Positions 7,739 through 18,010 of a stretch of 64,000 bases of DNA are shown one piece after another. Numbering within the stretch: the first letter of the stretch is position 1; the number at the start of each line of letters is the position of its first letter. Below the pieces are notes generated by a model. That model was given only the letters and a program-made list of their open reading frames with translations, made no database searches and was not told where the DNA came from. Position numbers and translations under genes: made by a program. Source of the DNA: a candidate division WWE3 bacterium RAAC2_WWE3_1 (GTDB lineage: Bacteria > Patescibacteriota > WWE3 > UBA101185 > UBA10185); the NCBI GenBank assembly GCA_000503835.1, contig CP006914.1, positions 239,341-303,340 on the forward strand, written 5' to 3'.

Positions 7739-9061
7739 ATGATCGGACTTGTGTTACAGCAGGAATTGTCTAGTGTTGAAAAACCCTTGTATGACTACAT
7801 GGGAAACAAGAAGAACGTGAATAATTATCCGAAAACGATTATTATACCCAATACTGATCAGTTTTTCGGGTTTGGAAGACACGATCTTTTTGAGCGTTCA
7901 AAAGACTACGCCCTTGTACACGGAGAGGATACCTACTATTGGGGAAATTTGACCGAAAAGGGTCTAAAACGAACCGGGGTTGTACACTATTCAAAAAACG
8001 AAGAAGAAGTCATGACGGGACTTGAGGTACCACCTGAAGTATCTTCTTACTACAGGCTGGTAGAGGGAGACGAGGTCGGTGTGGTCGTAAACCACCCGGA
8101 AAAAACCGTTTTCATCTGTTCGGTCAACGGTAGTCAGGAGCCACGTGTCTTTAGGTCTTGGCCACAAAATCTTTCTGAATTTCAGAGCGATTACCCTAAA
8201 AGACCTCTTCTTGTCGAAAAGTTCGGAGACTTTGACCTGCGTGCTATGACCTTGCTTGCCCCGATAGGCTTGGGTTCGAGTTATTGGGTTATAGCTCCGG
8301 GAGGCGCCGGAAAAACGTGGCTTCTTGTTAAGCTTTTAGACGCCTGTTTGAAGCTTTCAAGGGAAGATGACAGTATTTACGTAATGATGGTATATGTTGG
8401 CGACCGGCCTGAGGATGCTTCACAATACATCGAGGTATTTGGAAGAAACAAGAGAGGCCGCGGTGTATTTCACCAAGCCCCATGGAACATAAGCCCCGAT
8501 GCTCAGGTTGATGTTGCGAAGTTCGCGATGAAACGAGCTCACAGGTTGGTGGCTACGGGAAGGCATGTGGTCGTGCTGTTCGATTCCATTAGTCGTACTG
8601 TCGCCGCGCACACAGCGTCGTCATATGTGGACGGTGAAGGAGGTATGATAGGGGGAGGTATATACCGCCAAAGTCTGACCGACATGATCGCTAAACAATT
8701 CGGAACGCACGGTTCATTTGATGAGAAACGGTCTCTAACAATTATAGGCTCCGTTCTTTCTTCATCGGATACCAGAAAAACTTCCGAATCAGCTGTTGAT
8801 CAGGAAACTTCGGATAGTTCTACAACAGGAATTTGCAGGTTGCTAAAAATTCCGACGTCGGAAAGACCGTGGGTATCGGTTAACGAAGGCGAAACCTATA
8901 CGAGATTTCCCAATGGGAGAGATTTCAGAAGCGAGAATCAGCGTCAGGAAATGGAAACGGTTAAGAAATTGATGCGGACAGGTGCCGGGAGCAGGGATTC
9001 TTCGGAGGCGCATAAAATTCTTTTAAAATATGCCAGGGAAAACCCTCTCCCTAAGTACTGA
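7739..9061 (+). CDS. rho: Divergent transcription termination factor Rho homolog
   Basis: Rho motifs in order: FFGFGR and RLVEGDEV (OB fold), LLAPIGLG, GGAGKT, VGDRPED, AHRLVATGRHVVVLFDSISR, SLTIIG, TYTR; start at ATG 7739 after SD. Confidence 0.8.
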   Translation: MIGLVLQQELSSVEKPLYDYMGNKKNVNNYPKTIIIPNTDQFFGFGRHDLFERSKDYALVHGEDTYYWGNLTEKGLKRTGVVHYSKNEEEVMTGLEVPPEVSSYYRLVEGDEVGVVVNHPEKTVFICSVNGSQEPRVFRSWPQNLSEFQSDYPKRPLLVEKFGDFDLRAMTLLAPIGLGSSYWVIAPGGAGKTWLLVKLLDACLKLSREDDSIYVMMVYVGDRPEDASQYIEVFGRNKRGRGVFHQAPWNISPDAQVDVAKFAMKRAHRLVATGRHVVVLFDSISRTVAAHTASSYVDGEGGMIGGGIYRQSLTDMIAKQFGTHGSFDEKRSLTIIGSVLSSSDTRKTSESAVDQETSDSSTTGICRLLKIPTSERPWVSVNEGETYTRFPNGRDFRSENQRQEMETVKKLMRTGAGSRDSSEAHKILLKYARENPLPKY

Positions 9062-9096
9062 ACTGAATGTATGAATTGAAAGAACGAGCTTTACTT

Positions 9097-9132
9097 AAGA
9101 GGCAAAGATTAAATGTTTTTGCCTCTTTTTTT
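9097..9132. terminator. Intrinsic terminator between convergent genes
   Basis: AAGAGGCAAAGA/TTTTTGCCTCTT stem followed by a T run. Confidence 0.7.
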
Positions 9133-9550
9133 ATTTTTCCGGGGATTTGTTTTCGCCGTCGTGAAGTTTGAGGCTTTGTTTCTCCAGATTAGTTATTCTT
9201 CTGTTCATGAAGGCTCTTTCTTCGCGGTTTTCTTTTATTTCCCCAATCATAGCATCAACATTATCGTAGAGTTTGGGAAAGTTTATAGTTCTTGTGTCCA
9301 GCTCTTCGAGTTTTTGTTCTACTTTGAAAAGTCTGTTTAAGATACCGGTTAATGTGTTATTTATTCTAGTTAGTTCTTCAGTTATTCCGCTTACTGTATT
9401 GGTTACCTTAGCTAGCTCTTTAGTTATTTCATCTACTGTATTATTTGTCCTTGCTACTTCTTTCTCCAGCGTCTCCAGCTTGCCTTGTATCACGCCTAAG
9501 ACTTTCTCGACCCTGGATTCAAATGTATTTTCTAGAACAGTGTCTTTCAT
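9131..9550 (-). CDS. Coiled-coil hypothetical protein
   Basis: Heptad-repeat sequence; likely start ATG 9550 (MKDTVLEN). Confidence 0.7.
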   Translation of the reverse strand: MKDTVLENTFESRVEKVLGVIQGKLETLEKEVARTNNTVDEITKELAKVTNTVSGITEELTRINNTLTGILNRLFKVEQKLEELDTRTINFPKLYDNVDAMIGEIKENREERAFMNRRITNLEKQSLKLHDGENKSPEK

Positions 9551-9657
9551 TTGTTTTTCGAAAATAACACAGTGAAGAAAGTTGTTCAATATGTCAGCCT
9601 ATGAAAAACGGAAAAATTGTAAACCAATATTCTAATATGCCCCCAACACAATAAAAG

Positions 9658-12600
9658 CTACTCGCCGAATCTTAATGCGGAATTTTCGTTATATAAAAGT
9701 TTTACAAGTGTGTCATTAAACGCCATGGTGTGTATTGAAACCTCATCGATTTTTCCATCAAAATATCCGCTGCCTGCGGAGTCACGTCCTATATTTAATG
9801 CCGTTGCACTAGTCGACATAACATTGTCGGCCTCAGCCTGAGTTCCCGTGTTTACGCCATTTACGTATATTTTAATATTTGATCCGTCGTAGGTGCAAAA
9901 AACGTGGGACCAGGTACTTGTAGAAAGGGCAGTTGAGGACACGGCGGCCGTCTGCCAGGCTCCGGCATATATCTCGCACTGCGGTTTATTCGAGGAGTCG
10001 GTAGTTAGCCTAAACTCGTTGTTCTTTTGAATTATGGTCTTCGAGGTCGCGGCGGTGGCAGGATTGACCCACGCGCCGAACGAAAAGTTGTTGTATGGCT
10101 GTGAGGTTGCCGAGGTTAAAAGAACGGTGTTAGAGCTAGCAAGATAGTCATCAGTCCCGTCAAAATCCAGACTTCCGTTGAACTTGCCGCTTTCTCCCCC
10201 AAACCACATTTCATTCGCACTCCCCACACATGTCCCTACCGTTGTATTGCCTAATGTTTGAGGATAGATTGTTAAGTTGGTACCGACTGCAGTTCCGTTC
10301 GAGTTCTGTGCTGAATTATTTGCAGTGTTGCCGGAGCATTCGTTAAGTTTGTAGTTATACGTTGCATCACCTCTGTTATATTCCCAGTTTATTTGCTGTG
10401 GGGTACGGGCGTATTTGTACATAACAATGTTGTCGATTTTGCCTTCGAAGTTTGTGTTGCCGGCGGGTTGTGCACCGACGGTGAAGTCGCTCGCGGTTAC
10501 AGGATTCAAGTCTCCGACCGCCGTAAGCGTTCCGCTCTGGGCAGCGCCTCTTTTAATACCGTTGACATAAATGTCGGTATTGGCAGTAGAATCCCGGTCA
10601 ACGACAACTTCCAAATGCACCCACTGGTTGCTGGGAACTGAGGCTGCGTCCGACAACGTAAATTGATCCGTGCCGTCCGATATGTAAAATCTGGGAAGTC
10701 CGGCACTGCTGATGAATAAATAGTAGCCGGGATCGGTTGCTGTAGTAGTGGCTTTCTTGGCAATAACAACGTCGGTACTGACAGGTGGGGCCTTATATAT
10801 CCACGTGGAAATAGAGAAATCTTCGGTGTTGATTGAAAGATCGGCGTTAGTGGGTTCCTGAAGATAATCATCGCCTCCGTCAAAATACCCGGCATAACCG
10901 AACTTCCCGATCTGACCTCCTGTCGGGCCCGAACCTGCCGGACCGGAACGGAGGTTATATTGATTCACCGAAGAATCTAAAACAGAGAGTGTGCTGTCAT
11001 CGTTTATCCAGGAGCCTTCGTCAAATTTCCAATGTCCAAAAGGTGCCTCACACGTCGCCGTATCCCCCGGCACGCAAAACTCGCGATCATACGAATTCGA
11101 GGGGTTTCCGGAACTGTCGGTCGATACAGCGCCCCATTGAGAAGTTTTCGAGTCGTTCAAAAAAAGTTTGGCCCGGTCGGAGCCGATATCAAAATTATAT
11201 ATACTTACTTCGTCTATGGAGCCGTTAAATTTGGACGAGTAATCTTCCCCGCGTCCGCCTATGACCAATGTATTGTCTCCGTTAACGGTACCTGATGCTG
11301 CGATTGTCGTTTTCGAATCGACTAAAAGTCCGTCAATGTAAAGGTCGATTTGGGTATTATCTTTTTTCACCGCAGTTGCATTGTGCCAAAGACCGTCGTA
11401 TAAATCCGTAGGACTTGAGGCCGAAGTGTCCGGGCCCCAAGTTGTGTCATCATCAACACCGAATAAAAGATTCCCCGCAGTGTTGAAATATAATGCGTAG
11501 CCCGCAGTAGTATTTCCTCCTCTTCCGAGCACATATTCTGTGCCGGAAGGATTGGATGAGGAGCTTGATTTGAACCAGAGATTTAAAGCAAAACCGGCGG
11601 CGTTGAATATAAAGGCATTATCGTCTCTCGAGGCATAGTTTGTGCCGTTGGGGTAGAATGCTTTATTAAATTTTCCTGTTACGGTGTATGAAACGGCAGT
11701 CGGAGGGGAGGCCGTAAGGGTTAGGTTTCTGCTATTTCCTGTTCTATCGTAAATCGTTGTTCCCCCACCCTCATCGAAACGCCAAAATCCGAGTGCCGTA
11801 CCCAGAGTTGGGTCGGGAGAAGGGTATTGTGCGTCCAAATCTTTTGTTATCTGAGTTATTTCAGCCGGATAGTTATATATTTTTACATCATCTATTCGAC
11901 CCTTGAATATTTCCCCAGAGCCTCCTACCCATTGGGAACCGTAGGTTTTTCCGATCAAAAGTGGGGCACCGGCAGAATCGATTGTATAGGCTGAGCCATT
12001 TGTTGTTGTATTTTCCAGAACCCCGTTTACATATATTTTTAAGTTTGTTCCGTCGAAGGTACCTGCAAGGTGATACCAGGTGTTGGGGGTCCAGGAGGAT
12101 GTTGTTGAGGCAACGCTTTTTAGTTTAGAAGTGCCGTATTTTGCAATCTGGTTAACAGTTACACCACCAGCTGTGGTAAAAGCTCCACCCACATATAAAT
12201 TCCCGTTATATACTGCGAAAGCGTTGACGGTGCTATCCACCCCCGTTGTCTGTCCGATATTAGAAAACTGATTCGTCTGGTCATTGTATTTTGCAATGTA
12301 GTTAACACTTACTCCTCCCGCCGTGATGAAATATCCCCCCGCATACAAACTCCCGTTATATACTGCGAAAGCGTTGACGGTGCTATCCACCCCCGTTGTC
12401 TGTCCGATATTTGAAAAGGTGTTTGTAGAGTCATTATACTTTGCGATTTTGTTGACACTTATTCCTCCCGCCGTGGTTAAGTCTCCACCCACATACAAAT
12501 TCCCGTTATATACTGCGAGAGTCTGGACGTAGCTATTTACCCCCGTTGTCTGTCCAATATTTGAAAAGGTGTTTGTCTGGTCATTGTACTTTGCAATGTA

Positions 12601-15600
12601 GTTAACCGTCACACCTCCGGCGGTGGTGAAATATCCACCCACATACAGGTTTCCGTTATATACTGCGAGAGTCTGGACTGTGATGCCTACACCTGTAGTC
12701 TGTCCGATATTAGAAAACTGATTCGTCTGGTCATTGTATTTTGCGATACGGTTAACCGTCACACCCCCCGCTGTGGTAAAACCTCCCCCCACATACAGAT
12801 TCTCGTTATATACTGCGAAAGCGTTGACGGTGCTATTCACCCCCGTTGTCTGTCCGATATTAGAAAACTGATTCGTCTGGTCATTGTATTTTGCAATGTA
12901 GTTAACACTTACTCCCCCAGCCGTGGCAAAAGTTCCACCCACATACAGGTTTCCGTTATATACTGTAAGAGCGTTGATGTTACCACTTACCCCCGTTGTC
13001 TGTCCTATATTTGAAAACTGATTCGTCTGGTCGTTGTATTTTGCTATGTAGTTAACACTTACTCCTCCCGCTGTGGTAAATTGACCTCCGACATACAAGT
13101 TTCCGTTATACACAGCGAAAGCCTCGGCAGGCGCTGACACCCCAGTTCCCTGCCCAATACTAGAAAAAGCTTCCGAAGCACTATCATTCACCACAAACTT
13201 AGCCTTCCCGTCCGTCTTATCCAGAAAAAGCTGATAATCCCCCTTGTCAATAACACCCATATTACCGGGCGCTGAGGTAGAAAAACCATTATCCACAGAA
13301 ACCCAAGCTGAAACTGCAATGGATGACGTTGGGGAAATATATGAACTGCTGCTTGTAGTCACAAAATCATTATTCCCGTCAAAGGAAACACCCGATCCGT
13401 ATCTTCCGGGCGCAAATTCTGCGCCTTCGTTTAGGGTTCCCGTGGCACCGTTTCCGCTCACGTCATTTGTAGTAGTTCCTGAGCCTTCTTCAAATTTATA
13501 ATACAGATTTGATGGGGGGGACAGTTCGGCTAAGTTATATATTTCGTCATCGGTTAGTGCTGTATTGTATGTTCTGAAGTCGTCAAGACGGCCTTTGAAA
13601 TTCTCTCCGGAACCTCCGGCCCATTGAGAACCGTAGGTTTTACCCATGTAAAGCGGGGAGGATGATGCTGAAAGTGTAAATGATGACGTGTTTGTTGTGG
13701 TGTTTTCAAGGACACCGTTTATATACATTTTAAGTGTTTTTCCGTCAAAGGTTCCTGTAAGGTGGTACCAGGTGTTTGCCGTGAATGATGCTGTGGTTGA
13801 CGACACAGTTTTAGTGTTGGAGGTGCCGTATTTCGCGATGTAGTTAACACTCACACTTCCAGCTGTGGTAAAGTTTCCACCCACATACAGATTCCCGTTA
13901 TATACTGCAAAAGCGTAGACGGTGCTATTTACCCCCGTTGTCTGTCCAATATTCGAAAACTGATTCGTCTGATCATTGTACTTTGCAATGTAGTTAACAC
14001 TCACACCCCCTGCCGTGGTTAAGTTTCCCCCCACATACAAGTTTCCGTTATACATAGCAAGAGAGTCGACTTCGGTATCTACCCCTGTTGTCTGTCCTAT
14101 ATTAGAAAACTGATTCGTCTGGTCATTGTATTTTGCAATGTAGTTAACACTAACACCTCCTGCCGTGGTAAAGTACCCCCCTACATACAAGTTTCCGTTG
14201 TACACAGTCATGTCGAGAACCATACCATCAACCCCTGTTGTCTGTCCAATATTCGAAAACTGATTCGTCTGGTCATTGTATTTTGCAATGTAGTTAACCG
14301 TCACACCTCCCGCTGTGGAAAATATTCCGCCCACATACAAGTTTCCGTTATATACTGCAAAAGCGTAGACTTCGCCAGCTACCCCTGTTGTCTGTCCTAT
14401 GTTAGAAAACTGATTCGTCTGGTCATTGTATTTTGCAATGTAGTTAACACTAACACCTCCTGCCGTGGTAAAGTACCCCCCTACATACAAGTTTCCGTTA
14501 TATACTGCCAAAGCGCTGACGAAGTTATCTACACCCGTACCCTGTCCTATATTAGAAAAAGCCTTAGCAACGTTGTCATTAACAACCCATTTAGCTTTCC
14601 CGTCTGTTTTATCCATGTAAAACTGGTAATCGCCTTTATCAACAACTCCCATATTAGAAGGAGACGATGTGGAGAAGCCGTCGGTCATTTTTACCCATCC
14701 GGATACTGTGACCTGGGAAGTGGGAGCGAGTGTCGGATTAGAACCCGCTGTTACGTAGTCATCGACGCCGTCAAGAGAAGTTGCGTTAACATACTTACCT
14801 TCGTTCCACGCGGCACTGTTAACAAGTGTTGCCGTGTTGGAATTTCCCGAATAGTCGGCTGATGTTGTACCTGTACCTTCGTCCATCTTCCAATAGCCTG
14901 TTAAACCATCCGACACAAAATTAGTTGAATCATTTCCGAACGCAGCCGACGTTCCGTGCAAAGTGGGGGAGTACTTTATGTTATCGGACCTTATTTCGAC
15001 GAGCGTTCTTTCTTTGGCGTATATTTTGAATTCATCGATGTACCCGTCAAAATTTGAACCGCTGGAACCCGCCCCTATGTTAAGTGTATTTGTTTCGGTA
15101 GCGGGAGATCCGTCACCATTAATGCTGGTTCCTTTTAAAACTCCGTCAACATATATTGATATTTCATCATCAGAATCGTTTGTGTACGCCAGGCTAATCA
15201 AGTGCCATTGATTAAGATTTAACGCGTCATCCACAGTAAGCGTTGCATCAGTTGTTCCGAGGTCTATTTTCGCCGAAAGGTCAACAACCTGATCGTTACT
15301 TCCTGCCGCAAGTCCGAGATAGTTGTTTGCCCCCTTAGAAAATATTTTTCCTGTGTTTGACCCGCCTAGTGTGTTTGCCCGCACCCACATTTGAATCGTG
15401 AAGCCACTGTTTAGTTTTTTTCCAAAGTTGATAGGTTCGTTGTCAGTGACACCTACCACATCGTCAGATCCGTCGAAAACAAGACATCTGCCGCTTACAC
15501 AATATTCATCTGCGGATTGCCAGGAAGGCATGGTAATGTCACTGACAGATAGTGTTTTTAACGATAGAATCGAAGATGAGTAAATATCATTGTTATTAGT

Positions 15601-17982
15601 TGTTGCTGTAACATCGATTGTTTGAGATGAAGATGGGGCGCTGAACGCCGAGGAGCGTGCTCTGTTTGAAGGGGTGACTGTCGTATTAGCAATATCCGTA
15701 GGTGTCCCATTAGGGTCTATTTGGAGTCTTAAAGAAGATGAACTTGAATTAGCACCATTCACTTCATGATAGTATGCGGCCGATTGTGAGTATATTTCTG
15801 CGGGGTCAAAAAGAGTATCAAAGTTTTGAGGAGCGGAGCCCGAGGATAAGAGTGTATTAGCCAGTAGATATTGATTCTCGAGTTTTGTTACACCGGTAGT
15901 ACTTGTTTGGTCAACGATTATCTTTGCGGAGTAAATATCGTAGGTGCCGTTTGTGGTTCCTCCCGATGCAACGAGTCTATAATTTTTACCTGTCGCCGGT
16001 GTAAAAGAAACACGAACTCTTGTTGAGGATGTTGCAGTTCCGGAGGAAACCAATGTTGCTTTATCTGTCCATCCAGCAAAAGACCCGTTATCTTCCTGCA
16101 ATATTATTGTCGCATTGATTGTCCATGTTAAAACTAATTTACCGTCGGCACCTGAACCCCCTGTTTTTGCGGTACCGTCACCCGATCCCCCTCCCCCTCC
16201 TCCGTTACCACTTGCAGGAGCGGATCCGTTGGCACCAGCTCCTCCACCGTCTCCGCCATGCCCGGCTCCCGCCGGAGTTGATGCAGTTGGGTATGTTGCA
16301 GTATCCCAAGTCTGAGGCCCTGAATATCCGTCACTAGCCGTGCCTGCTGAAGAACCCCCGTAACCTCCTGTACCGGTATTGTGGTTTCTACCTATCTCCC
16401 CCTGTCCTCCATTAAATTTTACATCCCCAACACTTGACGAGGCGGCACCACCAAGACCTCCCGCCGGCGGAGTGCCTGTTGAATTTGACCCAGGTAAGCC
16501 TCCCATCGCCATTACACTTGAAGTATTGATAAAATAGGTGTGTCCACCAGATTGTCCCGCTCCGCTTGTTCCCCCTGAGCCTCCCGCTCCAACCACGAGC
16601 GTATGTGGGCTACCGGGCGTTACCGCCTGGGCGTTTTTTTTAACGTAAGCGCCACCTCCGCCGCCTCCGCCGCCATCAGAAGTTGCGTTTTGGCCGCCTC
16701 CGCCTCCGCCGGCACCCCAGGCCTCAACCTGAACAGATTGAACACCGCTAGGAGCTGACCAGTTACTGCTGGTCGCAGTTGTGTACGACGCTGTTCCGCT
16801 TGCCCCTGATACTTTATATACAACCTCTGCAGAAAAAGTTTTCGTTCCATCCCAATTTCCTTCCGTATAATTCCAATACTTCGGAGCGTTAAGAGCAGCC
16901 GCAGTTGTATTGGATTTTGCCACCTCGTAATTTCCGAGCTCGATTTGAGTTTGTGTGGTTGTTAAAGCGCTTTTTCCTATATTTTGAAAGACCAGGATTC
17001 TTGCTGATTTAACCTGGGGAGTTGTTCCGTTTGCCAGATTTATATTATATTCAGTCGTTCCGGTTGGAGGTGTAAACGCTGTCGCACTCCTTTTTCTTGC
17101 AAAGGCGGTTTCGGTAACCGTAACCGTTGAGTCTTGTGTTGAGGTACCCGCACGCTCGAGTGCTACCGTTAAAGTTCCGGATGAAACCTGAGCGACAACC
17201 TCAAAGTAGTATGTGACCGTTCCGCTATATTTTGTTGTATCCAGTTGAACAAGAGAAGGATCGTCCCCTGTAGCCGTCGCGATGTGGTCAATAATATTTA
17301 TCTCCTGTCTTAATTTTTGATCCGGAACAGCCGGGTCTCCGAGTGCCGCATTGTTAGCGTTTGATGTTGAGTCATATGCCGTTCCTCCGTACCCCTCGTC
17401 AAATTTCAGATACATCGAAGGCGACGGTCCTATTTCTTCACTTCCCGCACTTGGAGCACCGCTCGGAGAAAGACTTGTTACCGAGGATACAGCCCCGTCT
17501 ATTGTTGAATGGGCTATTGGGTTTGAATAGTACATAAAGATACTATTTCCCCCGTTTGTGACGCTATCGACAACAACGTCGTATACGGTTGATGTAGTGT
17601 TGCATCCTGAAACAAGGGTATATTTTAAAAGCTTCCCTCCAACCGACGTGAAAATTGTGTCATCACAATCTGTCTGCATTTTTCCGTCAGTTATCAGTGC
17701 CTGGGTATTTACGGTTACGGATATTCTTCTCTCGGAAGAAATATCCGAAGTATGCGAAAAGCTAATCTCCTGCCTTTGGTTATATGAATCATCAAACCAG
17801 TCGGCTTTAACACGGGTTGCTCTTATAATTGAAAATATTGTTACGGGGATTAAAACGGCAAGAGTTACAAGGATAATTATTCTTCTTGATTTTTTGTTTT
17901 TAAATGCGGCGGCAACTGCCTCGCGCATCTTGTTTAGTATATGGATATTTGTTTTCAGGCGCAGTTTATTGATAGCTTCCAT
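9658..17982 (-). CDS. Giant surface protein: N-terminal TM, DUF2341-like, Gly-rich region, multiple LamG/ConA domains, two beta-propeller repeat arrays
   Basis: 2774 aa; repeated LamG motifs (WKFDEG.G, FDG.DD.V, WYHL.GTFDG...K.Y.NG, F.G.IDE); 50-aa tandem repeats. Confidence 0.9.
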   Translation of the reverse strand: MEAINKLRLKTNIHILNKMREAVAAAFKNKKSRRIIILVTLAVLIPVTIFSIIRATRVKADWFDDSYNQRQEISFSHTSDISSERRISVTVNTQALITDGKMQTDCDDTIFTSVGGKLLKYTLVSGCNTTSTVYDVVVDSVTNGGNSIFMYYSNPIAHSTIDGAVSSVTSLSPSGAPSAGSEEIGPSPSMYLKFDEGYGGTAYDSTSNANNAALGDPAVPDQKLRQEINIIDHIATATGDDPSLVQLDTTKYSGTVTYYFEVVAQVSSGTLTVALERAGTSTQDSTVTVTETAFARKRSATAFTPPTGTTEYNINLANGTTPQVKSARILVFQNIGKSALTTTQTQIELGNYEVAKSNTTAAALNAPKYWNYTEGNWDGTKTFSAEVVYKVSGASGTASYTTATSSNWSAPSGVQSVQVEAWGAGGGGGGQNATSDGGGGGGGGAYVKKNAQAVTPGSPHTLVVGAGGSGGTSGAGQSGGHTYFINTSSVMAMGGLPGSNSTGTPPAGGLGGAASSSVGDVKFNGGQGEIGRNHNTGTGGYGGSSAGTASDGYSGPQTWDTATYPTASTPAGAGHGGDGGGAGANGSAPASGNGGGGGGSGDGTAKTGGSGADGKLVLTWTINATIILQEDNGSFAGWTDKATLVSSGTATSSTRVRVSFTPATGKNYRLVASGGTTNGTYDIYSAKIIVDQTSTTGVTKLENQYLLANTLLSSGSAPQNFDTLFDPAEIYSQSAAYYHEVNGANSSSSSLRLQIDPNGTPTDIANTTVTPSNRARSSAFSAPSSSQTIDVTATTNNNDIYSSSILSLKTLSVSDITMPSWQSADEYCVSGRCLVFDGSDDVVGVTDNEPINFGKKLNSGFTIQMWVRANTLGGSNTGKIFSKGANNYLGLAAGSNDQVVDLSAKIDLGTTDATLTVDDALNLNQWHLISLAYTNDSDDEISIYVDGVLKGTSINGDGSPATETNTLNIGAGSSGSNFDGYIDEFKIYAKERTLVEIRSDNIKYSPTLHGTSAAFGNDSTNFVSDGLTGYWKMDEGTGTTSADYSGNSNTATLVNSAAWNEGKYVNATSLDGVDDYVTAGSNPTLAPTSQVTVSGWVKMTDGFSTSSPSNMGVVDKGDYQFYMDKTDGKAKWVVNDNVAKAFSNIGQGTGVDNFVSALAVYNGNLYVGGYFTTAGGVSVNYIAKYNDQTNQFSNIGQTTGVAGEVYAFAVYNGNLYVGGIFSTAGGVTVNYIAKYNDQTNQFSNIGQTTGVDGMVLDMTVYNGNLYVGGYFTTAGGVSVNYIAKYNDQTNQFSNIGQTTGVDTEVDSLAMYNGNLYVGGNLTTAGGVSVNYIAKYNDQTNQFSNIGQTTGVNSTVYAFAVYNGNLYVGGNFTTAGSVSVNYIAKYGTSNTKTVSSTTASFTANTWYHLTGTFDGKTLKMYINGVLENTTTNTSSFTLSASSSPLYMGKTYGSQWAGGSGENFKGRLDDFRTYNTALTDDEIYNLAELSPPSNLYYKFEEGSGTTTNDVSGNGATGTLNEGAEFAPGRYGSGVSFDGNNDFVTTSSSSYISPTSSIAVSAWVSVDNGFSTSAPGNMGVIDKGDYQLFLDKTDGKAKFVVNDSASEAFSSIGQGTGVSAPAEAFAVYNGNLYVGGQFTTAGGVSVNYIAKYNDQTNQFSNIGQTTGVSGNINALTVYNGNLYVGGTFATAGGVSVNYIAKYNDQTNQFSNIGQTTGVNSTVNAFAVYNENLYVGGGFTTAGGVTVNRIAKYNDQTNQFSNIGQTTGVGITVQTLAVYNGNLYVGGYFTTAGGVTVNYIAKYNDQTNTFSNIGQTTGVNSYVQTLAVYNGNLYVGGDLTTAGGISVNKIAKYNDSTNTFSNIGQTTGVDSTVNAFAVYNGSLYAGGYFITAGGVSVNYIAKYNDQTNQFSNIGQTTGVDSTVNAFAVYNGNLYVGGAFTTAGGVTVNQIAKYGTSKLKSVASTTSSWTPNTWYHLAGTFDGTNLKIYVNGVLENTTTNGSAYTIDSAGAPLLIGKTYGSQWVGGSGEIFKGRIDDVKIYNYPAEITQITKDLDAQYPSPDPTLGTALGFWRFDEGGGTTIYDRTGNSRNLTLTASPPTAVSYTVTGKFNKAFYPNGTNYASRDDNAFIFNAAGFALNLWFKSSSSSNPSGTEYVLGRGGNTTAGYALYFNTAGNLLFGVDDDTTWGPDTSASSPTDLYDGLWHNATAVKKDNTQIDLYIDGLLVDSKTTIAASGTVNGDNTLVIGGRGEDYSSKFNGSIDEVSIYNFDIGSDRAKLFLNDSKTSQWGAVSTDSSGNPSNSYDREFCVPGDTATCEAPFGHWKFDEGSWINDDSTLSVLDSSVNQYNLRSGPAGSGPTGGQIGKFGYAGYFDGGDDYLQEPTNADLSINTEDFSISTWIYKAPPVSTDVVIAKKATTTATDPGYYLFISSAGLPRFYISDGTDQFTLSDAASVPSNQWVHLEVVVDRDSTANTDIYVNGIKRGAAQSGTLTAVGDLNPVTASDFTVGAQPAGNTNFEGKIDNIVMYKYARTPQQINWEYNRGDATYNYKLNECSGNTANNSAQNSNGTAVGTNLTIYPQTLGNTTVGTCVGSANEMWFGGESGKFNGSLDFDGTDDYLASSNTVLLTSATSQPYNNFSFGAWVNPATAATSKTIIQKNNEFRLTTDSSNKPQCEIYAGAWQTAAVSSTALSTSTWSHVFCTYDGSNIKIYVNGVNTGTQAEADNVMSTSATALNIGRDSAGSGYFDGKIDEVSIHTMAFNDTLVKLLYNENSALRFGE
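12133..13168 (-). repeat. Seven tandem 150-bp (50-aa) propeller-blade repeats
   Basis: FSNIGQTTGV-x6-AVYNGNLYVGG-x-FTTAGGVSVNYIAKYNDQTNQ counted seven times; boundaries approximate. Confidence 0.9.
13826..14561 (-). repeat. Five tandem 150-bp (50-aa) propeller-blade repeats
   Basis: Same unit counted five times; boundaries approximate. Confidence 0.9.
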
Positions 17983-18010
17983 GCAATGAAATTTTACATT
18001 ATTTTTGGTG

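Noticed and set aside
339-9061. Island as a prophage
   Set aside because: No terminase, portal, capsid, tail or integrase motifs; the proteins are mostly membrane-bound.
12133-14561. Repeat arrays as DGR template/variable regions
   Set aside because: No reverse transcriptase in the window, all copies are in-frame coding units, and differences are not restricted to adenines.
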